Shown here: piece after piece, positions 55,501 to 64,000 of the stretch | Position numbering within the stretch: the first letter of the stretch is position 1 | Layout: each line of letters opens with the position of its first letter | DNA from: Octopus sinensis | Taxonomy: Eukaryota | Length of the DNA stretch: 64,000 nt | Direction of reading: 5' to 3' | Assembly (NCBI RefSeq): GCF_006345805.1 | Contig: NC_043008.1 | Location: forward strand, 27,342,001-27,406,000 | The notes under the pieces: generated by a model | What the model saw: only the letters and a program-made list of their open reading frames with translations | What the model was told of the DNA's origin: nothing | The model's database searches: none | Made by a program: the position numbers and the translations under genes

Positions 55501-55548
55501 AGACCTGTATCACAGTGATTTCATACTTACGTATTCATCAGCAGGCCT
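55501..55548 (-). ncRNA. Type I HHR, unit 10
   Basis: Intact, loop II GTAA. Confidence 0.92.
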
Positions 55549-55977
55549 GAATGTATCATAAATAAACGACCCTGTCCCGCTTAAGCCGATCAGCTAACTG
55601 ATCAACATCAACGAAGCACATGGGTGAGTTTACATATATTACATCCTGTAAATGGCATACTTTTACGAATTGCATTTCGGGAAAGGAAAAGTTTTTTCGG
55701 AATAAAAATTTAGCAATTAAGGACAACTACTTAATAAGGAAAACTTAACAAGAAATTGTCAGGTAGATAGCGTGAAAACCTCATGAGAGAAAAAAATTCG
55801 AAAATAATTATTTCTTATTGAACATATTAATTTTATATAGAGGGCATTATACATACATGCCAGAGGGCATTATACATACATGCCACACGCTAAGAGGGAC
55901 AATTAGTCATTTCTACTACAAAAATATTACTAATCCCACCGAATGCAATTTTTCAAAGTAAGACATTTAAAAAATAT

Positions 55978-56025
55978 AGACCTGTATCACAGTGATTTCA
56001 TACTTACGTATTCATCAGCAGGCCT
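55978..56025 (-). ncRNA. Type I HHR, unit 11
   Basis: Intact, loop II GTAA. Confidence 0.92.
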
Positions 56026-56452
56026 GAATGTATCATAAATAAACGACCCTGTCCCGCTTAAGCCGATCAGCTAACTGATCAACATCAACGAAGCACATGG
56101 GTGAGTTTACATATATTACATCCTGTAAATGGCATACTTTTACGAATTGCATTTCGGGAAAGGAAAAGTTTTTTCGGAATAAAAATTTAGCAATTAAGGA
56201 CAACTACTTAATAAGGAAAACTTAACAAGAAATTGTCAGGTAATAGCGTGAAAACCTCATAAGAGAAAAAAATTCGAAAATAATTATTTCTTATTGAACA
56301 TATTAATTTATATATAGAGGGCATTATACATACATGCCAGAGGGCATTATACATACATGCCACACGCTAAGAGGGACAATTAGTCATTTCTACCAAAAAT
56401 ATTACTAATCCCACCGAATGCAATTTTTCAAAGTAAGACATTTAAAAAATAT

Positions 56453-56499
56453 AGACCTGTATCACAGTGATTCATACTTACGTATTCATCAGCAGGCCT
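56453..56499 (-). ncRNA. Type I HHR, unit 12, core damaged
   Basis: GAAA is reduced to GAA (1-nt homopolymer loss; a real mutation or a consensus error). Confidence 0.75.
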
Positions 56500-56865
56500 G
56501 AATGTATCATAAATAAACGACCCTGTCCCGCTTAAGCCGATCAGCTAACTGATCAACATCAACGAAGCACATGGGTGAGTTTACATATATTAAATCCTGT
56601 AAATGGCATACATTTACGAATTGCATTTCGGGAAAGGAAAAGTTTTTTCGGAATAAAAATTTAGCAATTAAGGACAACTACTTAATAAGGAAAACTTAAC
56701 AAGAAATTGTCAGGTAGATAGCGTGAAAACCTCATAAGAGAAAAAATTTCGAAAATAATTATTTCTTATTGAACATATTAATTTATATATAGAGGGCATT
56801 ATACATACATGCCAGAGGACATTATACATACATGCCACACGCTAAGAGGGACAATTAGTCATTTC

Positions 56866-57246
56866 GTTGATGTTGATCAGTTAGCAGATCGGCTTAAGCG
56901 GGACAGGGTCGTTTATTTATGATACATTCAGGCCTGCTGATGAATACGTAAGTATGAAATCACTGTGATACAGGTCTATATTTTTTAAATGTCTTACTTT
57001 GAAAAATTGCATTCGGTGGGATTAGTAATATTTTTGGTAGAAATGACTAATTGTCCCTCTTAGCGTGTGGCATGTATGTATAATGCCCTCTGGCATGTAT
57101 GTATAATGCCCTCTATATATAAATTAATATGTTCAATAAGAAATAATTATTTTCGAAATTTTTTCTCTTATGAGGTTTTCACGCTATCTACCTGACAATT
57201 TCTTGTTAAGTTTTCCTTATTAAGTAGTTGTCCTTAATTGCTAAAT
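56866..57246 (+). repeat. 381-bp inverted segment of the array unit ending in (AT)n
   Basis: Reverse complement of the unit from CAACATCAAC back across the unit junction to ATTTAGCAATTAAGG; TTC microhomology at the 56863-65 junction. Confidence 0.95.
56930..56977 (+). ncRNA. Type I HHR in the inverted segment
   Basis: AGGCCTG CTGATGA ATAC GTAA GTAT GAAA TCACTGTGA T A CAGGTCT; predicted cut after 56970. Confidence 0.92.
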
Positions 57247-57289
57247 ATATATATATATATATTTATTTATATATATAAATTTTAATGTC

Positions 57290-58845
57290 ACGAATAGCTA
57301 AACCGAAACCGGTCGACAACTACAATTCAAGATATATTAAAACTTATATTAAAACTGTGTAAAGCGTGTCCCTTTTACTACTTTAATTTCTTATATATAT
57401 TACAACTCACCACGTGGGGTAATCGAAATTCCTCCCTTTCTATTACTAGTATTTACCACACGTGGAACGGAAAATGCCACCAATTCCTACCACAAACACA
57501 TCGGGTAAAATTACCAACGAGGATATTTTAAGGAATTGAAAGAAATTAACTCAAATTTAGTTATTCTAACAAAATCGATCGATTAAATTACCGTACCCGA
57601 GAAGAAACGGAAATGGAACAGAGAAAACAGTCTACAGAACAGTTTAGTCAAAATTTGAACGAACTATGCACGGCATTGTACTCAATTTTCATAAATGACT
57701 CTGAAAATGATTCATCACCAAAATACCTAAACCATAACGATAATATACCAACGTCAGCAGCACATTGAGCTAAAAGTTGAATTAGCCATATTTGGTCCAA
57801 AAATCTTAACGCTAGAAAATTTTCGATTTGAAACATGATAAAAAATAATAATTAGGCAGAAATAAATGAGAACTGGATTAACTGAATACCTTCAATTCAG
57901 CCACGGAATTTTACAAATCAAGCCAATCCCAGAAGAACCTGGACAGCAAAGAAATCTTAGGGAGAAATTAGCACTAGAAACAATGAAAATAGAGACTGAG
58001 TTACTCAAACTCAGAGCATCGAATAACGAACAGAATATAAAACGTTCGATGAAAAAATGCACCGATCTCACTAAACATGCTGATGAACAACTTTTGGAAA
58101 GCTTTATAAAACTAGGGAAAGTCAGCTTTTTGAGTGGGAAGATATAAATTACCTGCATCGATGGGAAAAGAGTGTTAATTTCTTTCTTAGTTATGAACCT
58201 CAGTTAAAAAAGACTACACTTCAGATACCCGCTTCCTGAAAAAATCCAGAACAAGTACATCTACAGAAATAAATACACGTCCACCTAGATTAAACTATAA
58301 ACATCCAAAAGAACGCAAACACTCAAAACTAACTTCTCACCTGGAAGGGAACCTTCTCAATCCAGTAATAGGGACAATTCACTAATAAGAAATACTAGGA
58401 AAAACTAACCTAGTGTTAGGAGTAATTTTTTCTCACAAGCAACAAGAAACTTCCCTTTATCACTCAACGAAGAAGGTCAACCTACAAATTCTCAACCTAT
58501 TTACCCAGACAGCACAACCAGCTCCCCAGCATCCCCAAAATAATCAAGCACTCTAACAATTTATTCAAATGAAGAAACCCTAACCACGTATTTCCAGCCA
58601 GTTTACTCAGACAGTAACACCAACGTCCCAACAATCCCAGTATAATAAATAATAATATTGATTTAATTCATAACAGTAAACTTCTACCAACCAAATTACA
58701 GTAAAACATTTTTGAGACCGAGTGGAGATAAATAGGGACACAAAACTTACAGGAGAAACACAAAGTAATAAATTTATCAAAGAAAACTCTCTCTGCAGCA
58801 AAAATCCATATACTTGCTAAAAGATTAACGTTTAACGATCCAGAA
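57290..58845 (+). mobile_element. Probable PLE 5' region (decayed pLTR and ORF N-terminus)
   Basis: Ends in KVINLSKKTLSAAKIHILAKRLTF (PLE VxNLS..L...E..VL.KGL.F motif); HHR-like remnant GTC...GAAACCGGTC-GAC near 57286-57317. Confidence 0.5.
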
Positions 58846-58905
<60 letters not shown>

Positions 58906-58917
58906 AATAATATGATA

Positions 58918-59130
58918 AAAATTATTCTGATAAATACATAACAAAAACAACAGGACTAACAAGTATATGTCACATACAGAAAATAGCACTACTGGGTACC
59001 TACGTAAAAACTTTCAATACAGTAAAAATAAGCGTATCGCAACAAACTACAGCAACACACACGTGGCTGCACTCGGTAGTGTAGTGGATGTACGTGATAA
59101 AATTGAGAATATTGAAAAATAATAATGATA
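58918..59130 (+). mobile_element. Short 3' end of the R4/Dong-like family, flanked by (TAA)n
   Basis: YSDKYITKTTGLT..HIQKIALLG plus a 3' UTR (CTCGGTAGTG) homologous to 45680-45895. Confidence 0.8.
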
Positions 59131-59144
59131 AAATTTACAACAAC

Positions 59145-59180
<36 letters not shown>

Positions 59181-59186
59181 TAATAA

Positions 59187-59267
<81 letters not shown>

Positions 59268-60119
59268 TATTATTATTATTATATTTAACAAACATTATTT
59301 ATAATTATTTCTTCCTGTTTATTCACTTTACGAGATCATGTTCCCAACGGGTATAAATTGGATTGGAATGTCTACGAAAATGGAATCATTGTTATACAAA
59401 CGATCGTAAGGCGGAATAAGTGTATTATACAATTGCCGATTTAAAATTGAAATAGAGAAAAGCATAATTTCACACTAACAAATTTATATGATATTAAAAA
59501 TTTAGGTGATAAAAAAAATGATTAACGATAAACAAGACAGAGGTTTACTAGAATATTTCGTACACCACACAAAAATGATGGCTTTAGATTTCGTGAAAAT
59601 ATACGGACATGTAATAAATGTATACAGAGAGAAATTTACATAGATATAAGAGTTTGCTATTCAAAGAATGCACATCAATATTTAAGACTGCATCCATCAG
59701 GAAAGAGGGATATCCATTTTGCTTCGGAATAAATTGCTCCATATTACTGTATGCATGCAACAGATTGAGCTAAAAGTTATGTGAGCTCAGATATATCGGT
59801 TGAGGTCTTTTCTGTTGGTCAAAACAAAAGCCACAAAATGCTTGGTGTATTTTTGCTTCAGCGCATGAAATAACACTGGTGACATTTTCATCAACTCCTT
59901 TTATGGATTGCATAGCCTACGTTCAGTCCACAGCAAGACGAAAGACTAAGCATGTTATCTCCACCAAAATCAATTTGATGTAGAGGCCTTGTATTTAGCT
60001 TGATATTATACTGGTTTAATGAGTCTACTCTGCCACACTGGTTCGATATCACTTGGCACTGGACTGCAGTTTTTATACTGTTACCCACGAGTAGTTTAGC
60101 TGATTGTATAGATCACAGT

Positions 60120-60265
60120 GTTGAAATGGTACTTCTTTTATCGATCCAGAAAGGATGAAAAGCAATGTTGTTGTCCACGGTATTTGAACTCAGAACGTAC
60201 GGGCGGATGAAATACCGCTTAGCATTTCGTCCGGCGGGCCAACGATTCTTCCAGTTCACCGAAAA
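60120..60265 (-). mobile_element. SINE, same family as 12785-12990, degenerate
   Basis: TTATCGATCCAGAAAGGATGAAAAGC...TTTGAACTCAGAACGT...CATTTCGTCCGGCG. Confidence 0.7.
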
Positions 60266-60739
60266 TTCCTTCTTGGGATCGCAGAATTGCTCATTTCCTC
60301 GACATGAAATCTTGATTACAAGAAATTTAACAAATTCTATTAGTAATATAGTTTAATTCACCATACCACCGGTAATTTCTCGTTTTACGAGTTTGTTTTA
60401 TAAAGTATCAAATTCTATTATATGTACCATTATAGTAAACACTGTCATATAGTAGTTAATCGTGAGAAATGGAAAGGTAGTGTTATGCATCAGTAACTTC
60501 GCTGGAATTTGAAACGTTAAACGTAATCGACGCAGGGAAATTTCCTAGCTAGTTTATGCAGAGGTTGTTTTGCAGATATTGTGTAGAATGCGACACAATA
60601 TTCTAAACAGATTCCTAGTACAATCTACAGCTCTGTCACATTATGTCATTTAATACATATGATATAAGGGTTCACTAAATCTTTTGGAAGTTACATACGC
60701 ATCTTCCTTTTGACGTGATTTAGAATGTTTTCAAGCATC

Positions 60740-61380
60740 CAAATTATTCACTTCTTACTTTCTGCTTTACCGCACTTCACACAAATGGTATGACTTACAT
60801 TTATGTCTATGTGTTTGTACAATACTGTTTTTCTGTCACACATCTCAGGAGGAACAAATCAATTTGATTGCTCAGTGTGCTGCACTATGCAGTGCCAGTG
60901 ACATCATGATGTTATTCATCAATTTCAAGACAATGTCGAGGAGCATATCATGATGAAGATCCTTAGCAAAATCACTGGTAGCAAGAGACAAAAAAATAAC
61001 ACATTTGACTTAACTTTATGAACTTATCTGTAGTTTTGACATCACATTTGAATAACGCAACATATAATATGGCATGACTGGTATTTACACTCATTGTTTT
61101 GGTAAACGTAAAATAACCCTGATATTTCATTGTTTTAAACAAATTCTCTTCAATGTCATTATAGTATAGTGTACTCCAGCTTCCTAAGTGCTGCAATAAT
61201 TATACGGATCAGAGGCAACCATTAACCATTATATTCCCTCCATAGGTACAGTTTATGAAAAATATTGGTTTCTGATAGGAATACTGTATAACTGGATTCA
61301 CATGCAGAAGGTTTCCTTGGAAATTCTTAGATTTTCCCCTTTTGCTTCGAAATAGTTTGTGGTCCTATAAATCTGATAAT
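60740..61380 (-). mobile_element. Possible piggyBac-like transposase 3' remnant
   Basis: Minus strand ...CDRKTVL...SHTICVKCG resembles the Cys-rich C-terminal domain; the rest is heavily decayed and no TIR was confirmed. Confidence 0.3.
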
Positions 61381-61394
61381 ATTTTTATCTCCAT

Positions 61395-61555
61395 TATTTC
61401 GTCTTTACGTTCTGAGTTCAATTTCCACTGAGGTCTACTTTGCATTTCATCCTTTCGGGGTTGATAATTTAAGTACCAGTTGCGTATAGGGGTCGATATA
61501 ATCAACTGGCTCCCTCTCCAAAAATTTCGGGTCTTGCACCTAGAGTAGAAAAGAA
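61395..61555 (+). mobile_element. 5'-truncated SINE, same family as 12785-12990
   Basis: GTTCTGAGTTCAATTTCC...TTTCATCCTTTCGGGGTTGATAATTTAAGTACCAG. Confidence 0.75.
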
Positions 61556-62043
61556 TATATTTATCTTCATATGTCCCATATAGATGATTTCAAATCTCAG
61601 GCAATTAATATTGTACCATTTTGTTTTCAAAATTGCTGATAGCAAGGCTATTAACGTTTCGACATGCCAAATGCATCAGTAAACAAGACAGGCATAAAAG
61701 AGACTCCATTTTCCCTTCAGTACCATTAGAAAAAACATGTGCCATTTTTGTGCTACAACCGTTTGTTTTTCTTACATCTTACATCTGTATTAAAGACTCA
61801 TTCACAGTCTTAATATGTATTTCAAAATCTGATATTATCATATCATCATCAAATATCTTCCTCCTATTCCACCTCATCCTCCTCCTCATCATCATCATCA
61901 TCTTTATTATTAAAAGAATGAACTGGCAGAATAATTAGCATGTCAGACTAGTCATTCCCAGCAAATTTCTAGCCTCCTACGTACAGTAAAAAGGATTACT
62001 ATAATTATTAGTATTATAATTATATTTATTATTATAATTATTA

Positions 62044-62137
<94 letters not shown>

Positions 62138-62199
62138 GTTGTTATTATTATTATTATTATTATTACTCACTATTCTTAATAATATATCGTATTTTAATT

Positions 62200-62940
62200 G
62201 CACTACGGATCACAACTCAGTGTACCTTGATTATGTTCCGTGTTTTGTTTTGGTGTAATCATTTTTTTCTGTATTGAATGTGTTTTACTTAGGATGTATG
62301 CAGTGCCTATTATCTGTGTTTTATATGTATTCGTAAGTTTTGTTTAATTATTTGTTAGGATGTTTTTTTAATCAATGTTTAGACTCCACATTTAGGTTTT
62401 CTCTAATACCCGACTATTGATTTTGGGGAGTTTATGTGTCTCTTCTAGAAAGAGATTAGAAGGTTTTTTCCTTTCTTGGTGGTTCCTAATATCCGGCGTA
62501 TTAGGCTTCATATCCCAAAGGATGGTTGCATTGTCCCACGTTCCGAGGAATTGCGTGGAATATGCTTAAATCACTTTTTTCTGTTGTCATTCCTTTGTGC
62601 TGGCATATTATCCAGTGTGCATAGGTCCCAATTCTGTCACGTCTATGAACATATTCCTCCTTAGCCAGCGTTGTGTAGTCAGAGACTATATGATTTTAAT
62701 GTTTCCTTTCCACCACCACATATTCTTCAGCTATTTATTTCTCAACTATTGCTGGGATTTTATATTGTCTAATTACTCTCTGTTTAACTTATCCAATTCT
62801 TTGCAATGTTCGGGCTTTTCTTGCCATTGTTTTATCATTGTATTTTGCAGCTCCAGATTTAGATTAGGTTTTAGTTGCTTTACTGCTGTTGATTTTCTTC
62901 TTTGTCTTCATTGCTGTCAGGTATTGTGACCGCTTTCTTA
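62200..62940 (-). mobile_element. Older R4/Dong-like 3' fragment with (TAA)n tail (62030-62165)
   Basis: Minus strand GGAATGACAACAGAAAAAAG...ACAATGCAACCATCCTTTGGGATATG (ATILWDM) is homologous to 45360-45450. Confidence 0.65.
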
Positions 62941-63047
62941 TATTTTGTGGTTTCCGTGAAGACGAAATGCACCTTTTATTTCATTCAGATTTTGTGGTTA
63001 TTTATAACAGCTTCCATTGATCTGAGTTAGATATTTCTGTAGTCATA

Positions 63048-63790
63048 TGAGGGTCATATGAAAAGTTCATAGGCTGACCAAGATACTCTCATGGAATGTG
63101 ATCAAATGAGGTTTATTTTTCAACTTAGTCACACATGCGGTCCACACATTTCTTCCATTGCTCTTGTAGTGCTTGAATCGCATTTCTGAAAATGCCTTCG
63201 TTCTGCTGGTCAAAGATGTCAATCGCAGATATGACAGCATCATCACTGTGATACAAGTTCACAGCAAAGTTTTATATCATGTTGGGGAACAAATGATAGT
63301 CACCCTCTCTATTCTCCAAATAAGGACAATGGGGAGGGTGATCAACTAGTCCAAAGCCACAGTCATGCACAGCAGCCATTGAAACGAAGGAGTGTTTCAC
63401 GGTATAGATTGCTTCATTGTTTTTGGCTCAAACTTATGAACCTACCACTCATCCTGGTTTAAAAACTTTCAAGCAAACCAGATGGATCTGCCTCAAACAA
63501 CGTCAGATTTTCCCATGATGTGTTCAAACTGGTGCGCTTTTGATCAGGTGCCAGACAACGTGACACTCACTGAGCAGATACCGTTGTTATGTCAGGTTCA
63601 TTCGGCAGATATTCTCAACTCTTTCACAGGATATGCTAACATCATTAGCTATTTGATTTATAGTCAATCACCTGTCATCCAAACCTTGGGTAAACTTCAC
63701 GAGATTATAAAATCCTTTCCTATGCTCTATCCATGCCGTAGTCGCGTTTTTGTTTACCGCGCTAATTTTCCAAAATAATTTCCTTTATGA
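63048..63790 (-). mobile_element. Second, highly degenerate mariner copy
   Basis: TA-TGAGGGTCATATGAAAAGTTC TIR-like end; minus strand FLNQDEW*VHKFEPKTMKQS (TQDE.WVHH motif) and ISCERVENI. Confidence 0.65.
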
Positions 63791-64000
63791 GAAATCGGTC
63801 ATTGCACTCATATGAATTTAATTTACAACACTTTTTTGCTTGTGGAAGGATAGAATTCTGCTCAAGGAAATTGTATATTCTTTCGTTTATTTTGAATCTT
63901 ACATGAGGTATTGAGACATGCTATTGTCTGGTAATTCGTCGGGTTTTGTTTATCAGTTTTTGGTAATAGATCGATATTTTCTTCAGTCAATAAAGCATCT

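Larger units (their letters stand above)
51092..56865 (-). repeat. Tandem array of 12 complete ~475-bp units plus a partial 13th; HHR satellite / non-LTR retrozyme candidate
   Basis: Unit marker GAGGGCATT at 51096, 51572, 52048, 52521, 52994, 53466, 53941, 54417, 54890, 55365, 55840, 56317 and 56792 (periods 472-477). Units are nearly identical and each carries an HHR. Confidence 0.97.

Noticed and set aside
51092-56865. CRISPR array or rDNA/snRNA tandem interpretation of the 475-bp repeat
   Set aside because: There are no unique spacers or cas genes, and no similarity to 5S, tRNA or U snRNAs that I can recognise.
58075-58110. CTGATGA-A-CAA-CTT-TTG-GAAAGCT-T
   Set aside because: Only 3-bp stems and it lies inside a PLE coding remnant; likely chance.

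Overview
Gene-poor, AT-rich, microsatellite-dense eukaryotic DNA. The tRNA-derived SINE families and the repeat landscape resemble an Octopus-like cephalopod; this is an inference from memory, not a database match. I could not support any intact host protein-coding gene, and almost all ORF-track entries are translated microsatellites or transposon fragments. The window holds decayed mobile elements: many Penelope-like element (PLE) fragments with GIY-YIG domains, R4/Dong-like and RTE LINE ends, two mariner copies, a Tc1/maT-like copy, a Helitron helicase fragment and several SINEs. The main result is a set of type I hammerhead ribozyme (HHR) motifs. At 51092-57246, 12 tandem ~475-bp units each carry an HHR on the minus strand (core and helices intact in 11), followed by a 381-bp inverted copy with a 13th HHR on the plus strand. 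This looks like a non-LTR retrozyme (HHR satellite that could yield ~475-nt self-cleaved or circular RNAs). A second, unrelated, highly structured 489-bp monomer with its own HHR and a 78-bp terminal redundancy lies at 19869-20435. Further HHR motifs sit in fold-back inverted repeats (5213-5378, 23292-23506) and in PLE pseudo-LTRs. Ribozyme activity is predicted from sequence only.
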